Shown here piece after piece: positions 28,458-36,337 of a DNA stretch of 64,000 nt. The stretch lies in contig CALXSH010000004.1 in NCBI GenBank assembly GCA_944391065.1, positions 2,842 through 66,841 on the forward strand. The letters are read 5' to 3'. This stretch comes from an uncultured Kiritimatiellota bacterium. GTDB lineage: Bacteria; Verrucomicrobiota; Kiritimatiellia; RFP12; DVOR01. The notes beneath the pieces are model-generated. The model did no database searches, was not told the DNA's origin, and saw only the letters and a program-made list of their open reading frames with translations. Positions within the stretch are counted from its first letter, which is position 1. Every line of letters starts with the position of its first letter. The translations under genes and the position numbers were made by a program.

Positions 28458-28541
28458 CACCCTATAGGGTAGTCATTCGCTACCCTATAGGGTAGTAACG
28501 CGTCACCCTATAGGGTAGCATGGCACTACCCTATAGGGTGG
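28458..28541. repeat. Four copies of the palindrome ACCCTATAGGGT at exact 23-bp period with variable spacers
   Basis: Core starts at 28459, 28482, 28505, 28528; spacers agtcattcgct, agtaacgcgtc, agcatggcact. Confidence 0.92.
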
Positions 28542-28839
28542 GATGTCGACTTAGGGCAAGGCGCAGGTCACTTATCGGGCGCTGTGCGGTCTTGGTAAGG
28601 GCTATTGGGGGTGGCTTATGAAGGTCAGAAGGGGGGATCCGTGGCTTTCGCGTAAGAGGAGGCCTGCACGTTCCGGGGGCGTCCGCACCGTCCATGGGCG
28701 GAGGGCTCTCCGGATGGGACCGCTTGACGGCCGTCAATGCGCCCCCTCGTTCGGAAAAATGTAAATGCGCCTATGCTCAGAGGCCGTAGGCGCATTTCGG
28801 AGGGCGAGAGACGCGGGAGAAAATATTTTCAAAAATCTG

Positions 28840-28869
28840 TTGCGTCTCCGGGGGGACGTATGCTATATT
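28840..28869 (+). promoter_or_regulatory. Promoter of the tRNA array
   Basis: AT-rich UP-like tract, then TTGCGT-N18-TATATT with extended TG. Confidence 0.6.
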
Positions 28870-28885
28870 TTGCGTCACATTTTGC

Positions 28886-28961
<76 letters not shown>

Positions 28962-28972
28962 CTCTCCCTTAT

Positions 28973-29048
28973 GGGGGTGTAGCTCAGTTGGTAGAGCAAG
29001 TGACTCTTAATCACTGGGTCCACGGTTCAAGCCCGTGCACCCCTACCA
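28973..29048 (+). tRNA. tRNA-Lys(CTT) copy 1
   Basis: GGGGGTGTAGCTCAGTTGGTAGAGCAAGTGACTCTTAATCACT...CCCCTACCA. Confidence 0.95.
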
Positions 29049-29083
29049 TTTCGGAGAGCGGGACAGAATGTGGCATACCGGTT

Positions 29084-29159
<76 letters not shown>

Positions 29160-29169
29160 CTTTCCCCAT

Positions 29170-29245
29170 GGGGGCGTAGCTCAGTTGGTAGAGCAAGTGA
29201 CTCTTAATCACTGGGTCCACGGTTCGAGCCCGTGCGCCCCTACCA
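29170..29245 (+). tRNA. tRNA-Lys(CTT) copy 2
   Basis: Cloverleaf with CTT anticodon; C6-G67 replaces the T6-A67 pair of copy 1 (compensatory change). Confidence 0.95.
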
Positions 29246-29275
29246 TTCGGGAAGACCGGATGCGCGATACCGGTT

Positions 29276-29351
<76 letters not shown>

Positions 29352-29361
29352 CTTTCCCCAT

Positions 29362-29437
29362 GGGGGCGTAGCTCAGTTGGTAGAGCAAGTGACTCTTAAT
29401 CACTGGGTCCACGGTTCGAGCCCGTGCGCCCCTACCA
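29362..29437 (+). tRNA. tRNA-Lys(CTT) copy 3
   Basis: Identical to copy 2. Confidence 0.95.
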
Positions 29438-29467
29438 TTCGGGAAGACCGGATGCGCGATACCGGTT

Positions 29468-29543
<76 letters not shown>

Positions 29544-29553
29544 CTTTTCCCAT

Positions 29554-29629
29554 GGGGGCGCAGCACAGTTGGCAGCGCAGGTGATTCCTGATCACTGGGT
29601 CCGCGGTTCGAGCTCATGCGTCCTTGGCA
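29554..29629 (+). pseudogene. Degenerate tRNA-Lys-derived copy, anticodon now CCT
   Basis: GGGGGCGCAGCACAGTTGGCAGCGCAGGTGATTCCTGATCACTGGGTCCGCGGTTCGAGCTCATGCGTCCTTGGCA: colinear with tRNA-Lys; U8 lost, T-stem mismatch, ends GGCA. Confidence 0.85.
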
Positions 29630-29633
29630 TTCG

Positions 29634-29735
29634 AAAGGCCGATCGACACAGTCGGCCTCTTTGTTTTTTATGCCCTGCTGCCGCATGCTGGCAGATACAA
29701 AAAGGCCGTCCGGAATTCCGGGCGGCCTTTTTTGT
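29634..29735. terminator. Two terminator hairpins between the tRNA array and the convergent GT gene
   Basis: aggccga...tcggcct-ctttgttttt and aaaaaggccgtccggaattccgggcggcctttttt. Confidence 0.75.
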
Positions 29736-29746
29736 TATCCGGGGAG

Positions 29747-30823
29747 TCAGAGACCCATATCGGCCAGAATGTCGGCCAACTGCTTCCGGATGACCTTCAT
29801 CGAGAGATGCTTCTCGAAGAAATCGCGTGCCTCCTTGCGGAGCGCGACCAATTCGTCGCGTTTTTCGAGCCACGGGGTGACCGCGTCGACGATGGCCTTG
29901 GGGTTGCCTGGCGGAATAAAGGTGATGGCGGGGCAGTCCTTGGCCTCGGGCGGGTAGCCAGTGCAGTACTCGTTGATGACCGGGCGGCAGCAGGCCATGG
30001 CTTCGTAAACCTTGTTGCCGATGACGCGGGAGGCCTTCTCCGTGGTGCCGAAGACTCCGAGGACGATATCGGCGGTACGGATGACACGGGGGACCTCGAC
30101 GTAGGGGACCTTGTCGAGGAAGGTGATGTTTTTGATGCCCTGGGCCCTGGTTTCGGTCTGCGCTTTGTATGCGCCCCAGCCGAGGAAGTCCCAGTGAATC
30201 GGGAGGCCCTGGGTCATGCGGGCGGCCTCGACGATGTACTCGGTGCCGTGGAGCGGCAGATAGGCGCCATGGTAGAGGATGCGCAGGGGAGCCTTCGGAT
30301 CATGGGGCGGATCCTCGCCGGGCCCGGCAGGCTTGAAGACCTTTTCGTCGGTGCCGGTAAAGAGGACGCTGAGCTTTTCGCGCGGGACGCCCATGTGCTT
30401 ATGGAAGAAGTCCGCGTGGCAAGAGGTGTCGCAGAGCATGCGGTCGACGGCATTGAAGAGCTTCGTCTCCCACGCGAGCAGGCGCTTGGCGCGGCCTTCC
30501 TCGGCGGACCACTTCTGCTGTTCGAGGACCTTTTTGTCCCAAGCCGAAATCATTGGGTCGAAGGCAACGGGAATACCGCGCCTGTGGGCCCAGCGGCAGG
30601 CCGCCATCGCGTCGCGCTGACGGGCGACGGGGACCCAGACCAGGTCGGGCTTCGCGCCCTTCGGACCGCGGAGGGCAAACTCCCAGTCGCCGAGGCGGCA
30701 GCACCAACGGACCTGATAAATCACGACGTCCCAGCCGAGATCCTTGAACAGAGCAATCGCAACGCGGTTGCGCGAATACTCGGGCGAAAAACGCCCCCAC
30801 CAGAGCACGGTTTTCTTTGCCAT
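29747..30823 (-). CDS. Glycosyltransferase family 4
   Basis: ILYHGAYLPLHGTEYI, LGVFGTTEKASRVIGNKVYEAMA. Confidence 0.88.
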   Translation of the reverse strand: MAKKTVLWWGRFSPEYSRNRVAIALFKDLGWDVVIYQVRWCCRLGDWEFALRGPKGAKPDLVWVPVARQRDAMAACRWAHRRGIPVAFDPMISAWDKKVLEQQKWSAEEGRAKRLLAWETKLFNAVDRMLCDTSCHADFFHKHMGVPREKLSVLFTGTDEKVFKPAGPGEDPPHDPKAPLRILYHGAYLPLHGTEYIVEAARMTQGLPIHWDFLGWGAYKAQTETRAQGIKNITFLDKVPYVEVPRVIRTADIVLGVFGTTEKASRVIGNKVYEAMACCRPVINEYCTGYPPEAKDCPAITFIPPGNPKAIVDAVTPWLEKRDELVALRKEARDFFEKHLSMKVIRKQLADILADMGL

Positions 30824-30838
30824 GACGGATTCCTTGGC

Positions 30839-31867
30839 TTAGGGTACGACTTCCAGCAGATCAAGCATATACAGCAGCGTCATCAGGCGGACGTCCAGCG
30901 TGTGGCCTGCGCGGTAGGACTTGACGGTACCGATGAAGCGGCCGCGGTCCACGAGCGCGATGGCGGCGACAAGATCGAGCATCGTCCGGTGCCAGACCGG
31001 TTCGCTGCTGCGGCCGTTGCCTAGGTCGAACTCGGGCCGTGGCGTCGTGACGAAGCCTTTCTTGCCGTGAATCAGAATGTTGTTCTTCGTATAGCCGAGA
31101 TGGCGGTACTCGGCGAGGAGCTTGCCGACGGTCTTGGCCATGATGTACTGCGTCTGCGTGGCGTTGGTACGCGCGCCGGCGCCGTAGGTGAAGGTCTCCG
31201 GCGTCAGGTCGACGCGGATGCGCTGCTGGCCGACGACAGTGTCCCAGGAGATGGCCACATCGAGATGGAGGCGGCGGTCACCGGGTTTGGCCGGGAGCAG
31301 CGTCAGGAAGTCTCCACGGGTACCGCCGATCGTGACGGGCTCCTTCACGGTGATGTAACGGGCCGGACGGCCGGTTGAAATGATTTTTGCGCGGTTGACG
31401 GCCTCGACGAGGTCCAGACTGGATCGGTCAAAGAGGGGCGGGTCGCCGCCGGCGATGGAGAGCCGGACGTTGTCGACGCCGAGTCCCAGGCGCAGCGCCA
31501 CGATGTGCTCGACCATGCGCAGATAGTTGTGGGGGGAGCCGGCGCGCAGGACGATATTGCGGGCGCTGGTCCAGACATTGCGGACGGAGACCTTGACGTC
31601 CAGCTGTTCGGTCAGGTCCGTGCGGTGGATCCACCAGCCGGGAACGGCCGACGGCCCAAGGGTCAGGACGGCATTGCGGTGCTTTTCGAAGGTGCCGACG
31701 CCTTCGACGCTTTCATATCCGGCCAGACTGGTCTCCTCGGAACCGTAGGGCTCCGGGTTGTCGGTCGTTCGGGTGTCGTCGACCGGTTGCGCCTCAAAGG
31801 CCTCGTAGGCTCTGCGGACCGCATTCTCGTCGCCCGCGACCAGGCGTCCGATGATGGGATTGCTCAT
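30839..31867 (-). CDS. lpxC: UDP-3-O-acyl-N-acetylglucosamine deacetylase (divergent)
   Basis: GVGTF, MVEHIVAL..GLGVDN, PPLFDRSS, ART, EPVWHRTMLD, AGHTLD. Confidence 0.8.
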   Translation of the reverse strand: MSNPIIGRLVAGDENAVRRAYEAFEAQPVDDTRTTDNPEPYGSEETSLAGYESVEGVGTFEKHRNAVLTLGPSAVPGWWIHRTDLTEQLDVKVSVRNVWTSARNIVLRAGSPHNYLRMVEHIVALRLGLGVDNVRLSIAGGDPPLFDRSSLDLVEAVNRAKIISTGRPARYITVKEPVTIGGTRGDFLTLLPAKPGDRRLHLDVAISWDTVVGQQRIRVDLTPETFTYGAGARTNATQTQYIMAKTVGKLLAEYRHLGYTKNNILIHGKKGFVTTPRPEFDLGNGRSSEPVWHRTMLDLVAAIALVDRGRFIGTVKSYRAGHTLDVRLMTLLYMLDLLEVVP

Positions 31868-31950
31868 GCTTGTCTCCGAATTGTCACGGAAAGAGTTTTG
31901 TCGCCATTAGGATAACGGACCCGGCCGCGAACCGCAAGCCGGGGCCAAGG

Positions 31951-33612
31951 TCAGTACTTCAGACGGCTGGCTCCGAGATATTCGCGCAGAATGGAGTTCG
32001 TCGGGACGTCGGCCATCGGCATGGACATGAAATTCTGCAGGAAGCAGGTCAGACGGCGGGCGACGGCGAACTCCGGATGCCAGGGCTTGACCTGATTCAG
32101 CAACGGCGATGCGAGGGTCTTCAGGACGGGAATCTCGTAATCCAGGGCCGTATTGAAGACGGCGTCGGCGTTGTGCTGGAAGGGGAAAATCCACCGTTCT
32201 TCGCCGGCGCGGACTTTGGGCCAGAGCTTCAGCGTCTCCAGGATGCTGCGCCCGCGGAACTGTCCGTCGCGCACGATGCGGCGCAGCAGACGGTTGTCAA
32301 TGGTGGAGATACGGTTGTTGGAATCAATCGAGAGCTGCGTCAGGGCGTTGACGTAAATCAGAAACTTCTCGCTGTCTGGGATGTCGGGCGTCAGGTCGGG
32401 ATTGAGCGAATGGAGCCCCTCGATGACGAGGACACCTAGGCGCGGGTCCAGCGTCAGCGTCCTGCTTTCGTCCGTGCCGCTCCTGTGGTTGATGAAGTCG
32501 AATTTGCGCATCGGCACAGTCTTGCCGTCCAGAAGCGCGAGAATGTCGGCATTGAGCTGCGGACGGTCGATCGCGTCGATGTGTTCGTAGTCCGGTGTGC
32601 CGTCCGCGTCGCGCGGATTGCGTTCGTCTCCGACAAAATAGTTGTCGGTGGAAATCAGCGTCGGACGCAGACCGATGACACGCAGATGGGTGCACAGACG
32701 CATGGCCGAGGTCGTCTTGCCCGCCGAAGAGGGCCCGGCAATCAGCACGACGCGCGGCCGCGGCACGCGGGCTGCGATCAGGTCGGCAATGTTGGCGAAC
32801 CGCTTCTCGTGCAGGGCCTCGACGGTGTTCATCACATCGGCGACGGAACCGTCGGCGATGGCCGCGTTCAGCTCGCCCGCGCTGCGTACGCCGATGATCT
32901 CGCCCCAACGGCGGTGCTCGGCATAGACGTCGAAGAGGAAGCCGTAAGGCGGCACGGGATCGAGTTTGTCCGGATGGCAGATGCTTGGGAAGCTGAGCAC
33001 GATGCCCTGCTGAAGCGGGGTGATGTCAAAGAGCCCCAACCGTCCCGTCGAGGCCGCCATGACGCCCTGCGGCAGATCGCTGAAGCCGGCGCAGACGACG
33101 AGGGAGAGGTAGGGTGGATTGCGGTGGGCCAAGAGGTTGATTTTGTCCTTCTGCCCGTTTTTACGGAAGTGCTCAATGGTGTCGCCGTAGCTGCGCAGAC
33201 GATGACGGATCGGCAGATCCCTGGCGATTAGGTCGGCCAGCGCTTCTTTGATGGCCTGGGCCGTGGTCTCGCGCTTCATGTTCGGCACGTCCCAGGACCA
33301 GAAGAGGGCGTTGTTGCCGAAACTGCCGCGGATGCGGCAGTTGATGTCCGGGAAGCGCTCGTGCAGGACCTTGGCCAGAAGGAAGCAGAGCGTCCGGCGG
33401 TAGACTTGCCAGCCGTGGGGATCGGCGAGCGTCAGCGGCCGGATGTCCAGGTCCAGCATAATCGGGGCGTCCAGCGCGACGACATCGTTGTTGGCCATGG
33501 CCGCCAGAATCGGCAGGCCGTTCAGGGCCTCCGGCAGGATGTCCAGAAGCAGCGAGCCGCGCTTGACCTGCTTGGGGTCGGCCCCATTGACGGTGACGGT
33601 GGCGGTATCCAT
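31951..33612 (-). CDS. Nucleoside kinase (ThrRS-N/TGS-like domain + uridine kinase domain)
   Basis: YRRTLCFLL, IAGPSSAGKTT, IEGLHSLN, RLLRRIVRD, IFPFQ..AD..FNTAL.YE. Confidence 0.88.
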   Translation of the reverse strand: MDTATVTVNGADPKQVKRGSLLLDILPEALNGLPILAAMANNDVVALDAPIMLDLDIRPLTLADPHGWQVYRRTLCFLLAKVLHERFPDINCRIRGSFGNNALFWSWDVPNMKRETTAQAIKEALADLIARDLPIRHRLRSYGDTIEHFRKNGQKDKINLLAHRNPPYLSLVVCAGFSDLPQGVMAASTGRLGLFDITPLQQGIVLSFPSICHPDKLDPVPPYGFLFDVYAEHRRWGEIIGVRSAGELNAAIADGSVADVMNTVEALHEKRFANIADLIAARVPRPRVVLIAGPSSAGKTTSAMRLCTHLRVIGLRPTLISTDNYFVGDERNPRDADGTPDYEHIDAIDRPQLNADILALLDGKTVPMRKFDFINHRSGTDESRTLTLDPRLGVLVIEGLHSLNPDLTPDIPDSEKFLIYVNALTQLSIDSNNRISTIDNRLLRRIVRDGQFRGRSILETLKLWPKVRAGEERWIFPFQHNADAVFNTALDYEIPVLKTLASPLLNQVKPWHPEFAVARRLTCFLQNFMSMPMADVPTNSILREYLGASRLKY

Positions 33613-33627
33613 GGCGGGGGCCTCCGG

Positions 33628-34014
33628 TCAGTTGGTCAGATCGTCCTCGGTATTCAGCTGACCGTCGGGGCCGGCGGAGGTGATTTTGACCATGCCGTTC
33701 TCAACCTTGTAGTCGAAGGGGTTGCCCCAGGCGTCCTTGAGGTCGGCGGCCTTGAGCAGCGGCGGGCGGTCATTGATGCCCTTGGCGAGGTCCTCCAGCG
33801 TCTTGGGATAGCCCTTGGCGGAGAGGGAGCTGTAGAGCGTGCAGGCCTGTTCGATGCTGCCGATGGAGGTCAGGGTGGCCGTCTTGCGGGCGTCGCCGCC
33901 GACGTCGCCGAAGTTGACGACGACCACGGTCCCCAGAATGCCGAGAATCAGGATGACGAGCAGCAGCTCGATGAGGGTGAAGCCTGCGCGGAGCGCGTTT
34001 TTGGTCTTGTTCAT
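33628..34014 (-). CDS. gspG: Type II secretion major pseudopilin GspG-like
   Basis: GFTLIELLLVILILGIL prepilin motif; DAWGNPF.Y...SAGPDG; RBS AAGGAG. Confidence 0.85.
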   Translation of the reverse strand: MNKTKNALRAGFTLIELLLVILILGILGTVVVVNFGDVGGDARKTATLTSIGSIEQACTLYSSLSAKGYPKTLEDLAKGINDRPPLLKAADLKDAWGNPFDYKVENGMVKITSAGPDGQLNTEDDLTN

Positions 34015-34030
34015 GTTGACTCCTTGTGTG

Positions 34031-35281
34031 TCAGCGGCCGCCCATGGCGGAGGTCGCCGAGAATACCGCCGAGAGAATGGCAATGGCGACAAAGCCGACC
34101 ATTATCGCGACGAAGATGATGAGAATGGGTTCCAGAGCCGTGGAGAAGATCTTGATGTTGCGGTTGAGATCCGACTCATACCGTTTGCCGATGTGGCCTA
34201 GGGCCGAGGGAAGGTTGCCGGTCTGTTCGCCGAGCGCAATCATGTCCGTCATCATGCGCGGGAAGACTTTGCTCTCGGCCAGCGGGCCGGAGATGGTCGT
34301 GCCGTCGGTGACGCGTTCACGTGCCTTGCGCAGGGCCGCGCCGATGACGGCGTTGCCGCAGGTCTCCTCGGAGATACGCAGGGCGTTCAGCACGTTGACG
34401 CCGTTGGCGAGCAGCGTCTGCAGGGTGTAGGCCAGCGACGCGAAGGCACCGGAGGCGATCAGACCGCGGACCAGCGGCACCTTCAGTTTGAAGGCGTCCC
34501 AGCGTAATCGGCCGGACCCTGCAATCCACTTGCGCAGCGCAACCACCGCGAGCACGACGCCGATGGCGATGAAGATGCCGTACTTCGTTAGGCCTTCGCT
34601 CATCGATACCAGCAGCTTGGTCGGCAGCGGCAGCTCATGCCCCATACTCTTGAAGAGTTCGGTGAACTGCGGCACGATCTTGACCATGGCGAAGATGACC
34701 GCCATCACGCCCATGCCGAGCACGATGCTGGGGTAGGTCATGGCCGAGACAATCTTCGACTTCATGGACTGGTTGCGCTCGTAATGCTCCGTCAGGCGGC
34801 GTAGGATTTCGACCATCGCGCCGGAGGCCTCGCCGGCGCGGATCATGTTGCCGTAAATGGCGGGGAAGGTCTTGGGATGGGCGTCAACGGCGTCGGAGAA
34901 GGCCTCGCCGCGCATGATTCGGTCGCGCAGATCGCCGGAAACGACACAGATGCCGGACTTCGGATCGCCCTGGTTGGCCAACGTGTTCAGCGCCGCGCCG
35001 AGCGTCATGCCGGCCTCGACCAAGTCGGCCAGCTCGGAGGTGAAGAGCAGCACTTCGGCAGGTTTCATCTTCTGGGCAGGACCCGAGGAGAGTTGCCAGA
35101 AGGCCCCCCCGGAGGCGGCCTTGGCGTTCTCCTTGGCGCCTCCCTTGCGCTCCGTCACGGTCAGCGGCAGAAGGCCTTGAGCGCGCAGGGCATCCAGCGC
35201 GGCGCGGCGGTCCCCGGCGTCGATTTCGCCGGAAACCTTGACGCGCTGTCGGTTGAGAGCGGTATATGCGAACTGAGCCAT
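34031..35281 (-). CDS. gspF: Type II secretion/T4P platform protein GspF/PilC
   Basis: F.YTAL...G.I.A, NMIRAGEASG, SAMTYP, GEQTGNL, LEPILI. Confidence 0.9.
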   Translation of the reverse strand: MAQFAYTALNRQRVKVSGEIDAGDRRAALDALRAQGLLPLTVTERKGGAKENAKAASGGAFWQLSSGPAQKMKPAEVLLFTSELADLVEAGMTLGAALNTLANQGDPKSGICVVSGDLRDRIMRGEAFSDAVDAHPKTFPAIYGNMIRAGEASGAMVEILRRLTEHYERNQSMKSKIVSAMTYPSIVLGMGVMAVIFAMVKIVPQFTELFKSMGHELPLPTKLLVSMSEGLTKYGIFIAIGVVLAVVALRKWIAGSGRLRWDAFKLKVPLVRGLIASGAFASLAYTLQTLLANGVNVLNALRISEETCGNAVIGAALRKARERVTDGTTISGPLAESKVFPRMMTDMIALGEQTGNLPSALGHIGKRYESDLNRNIKIFSTALEPILIIFVAIMVGFVAIAILSAVFSATSAMGGR

Positions 35282-35392
35282 ATGGGCGTATTCTAGCGCA
35301 ATCCGGAGCCGTCTCTCAACCGTCCGCACCCGAAACCCTGCCCCCTGCCGACGGGAACGCCTCCCGCGGCGGGGTTATGCTACACTAAGCCC

Positions 35393-36337
35393 ATGCAGAT
35401 TGCCCTCTCCACATCCTACTTCGCCGGACGGCAGGACGATCCCGCCGTCCTCTGCGCGCGGATCCGTGCCTTGGGGTTCGATGCCGTCGAAATGGGCTAT
35501 TACATTCCTGTCGAGCGTGTCCCGAACTGGAAGTCCGCCTTGGCGGCCGAGGGGCTCCCCGTTGGCAGCGTCCATGCCTTCTGTCCGATGGAGGCGCGCT
35601 TCCTGCGGTACGGACCGGAGGCCTGGAGCATCGCCGACCCCGATGACGGTGCCCGCCGCACAGCCTGTATGCGCCTGATGCAGACGCTCGAGGCGACCGT
35701 CGGGTTCGGCGCGCGGGCCGTCGTGCTGCACGGCGGCCGCGTGCGGATGACCGAGCGCGGCCTCCTCTTCGGTTCGCGCCCTTACCGTTCCAAACTCTCC
35801 GAGGCCTACCGCGCCCATCCCGGCCGTATCGACGAAGACCTGGTCCGCCACGAACAGGAACTGCGCAGCGAGGGCGTTCCGCCCCTGATGGACGCCGTCT
35901 GCCGCTCCCTCGAAACCGTCCTGCCCGTCTTCGAAGAGGCCGGCGTGGCGCTCTGTTTCGAGAATCTGCCCGGCTTCGAAGCCTTTCCCGATCCTGCCGA
36001 AACGGCCTGGCTGGCCGACCGCTTCCGTTCGCCCGCGCTGGGCGCCTGGTTCGATGTCGGCCATGCCGAACGCAAACAGCGTGTCGGCGACTGGCCCGTC
36101 GACGCGACGTTGGAGCAGACCGGGGTCATCACCCGCGGCGCTCACATCCATGACGTCCGCGGTCTCGAGGAGGATCACTGCGCTCCGGGCGAGGGAACGG
36201 TCAATTTCTATGCCCTGAAGTCCCTCCTCGCGCAGACCGATTTCATCCGCGTCTTCGAACCCTCTCCCGCCGTCAGGCCGGAGGCCCTTCGCCTAGGCTT
36301 GGAAGACCTCCGTCAGCTTCTGGAGGGGGGCGGCTGA
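35393..36337 (+). CDS. Sugar phosphate isomerase/epimerase (AP endonuclease 2 TIM barrel) family
   Basis: GFDAVEM, SVHAFCP, VVLHGG, FENLP, WFDVGH, HIHD, DH.APGEG. Confidence 0.85.
   Translation: MQIALSTSYFAGRQDDPAVLCARIRALGFDAVEMGYYIPVERVPNWKSALAAEGLPVGSVHAFCPMEARFLRYGPEAWSIADPDDGARRTACMRLMQTLEATVGFGARAVVLHGGRVRMTERGLLFGSRPYRSKLSEAYRAHPGRIDEDLVRHEQELRSEGVPPLMDAVCRSLETVLPVFEEAGVALCFENLPGFEAFPDPAETAWLADRFRSPALGAWFDVGHAERKQRVGDWPVDATLEQTGVITRGAHIHDVRGLEEDHCAPGEGTVNFYALKSLLAQTDFIRVFEPSPAVRPEALRLGLEDLRQLLEGGG

Noticed and set aside
28458-28541. CRISPR or TIGR-type array
   Set aside because: Repeat (12-15 bp) and spacers (8-11 bp) are too short for CRISPR, only one repeat type is present, and no cas or Nop-domain gene is recognisable in the window. 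Kept only as an unexplained repeat.
33628-35281. Isolated gspF-gspG pair as an incomplete secretion system
   Set aside because: Dispersed T2SS/pilin genes are usual in PVC-type genomes; nothing distinctive seen.
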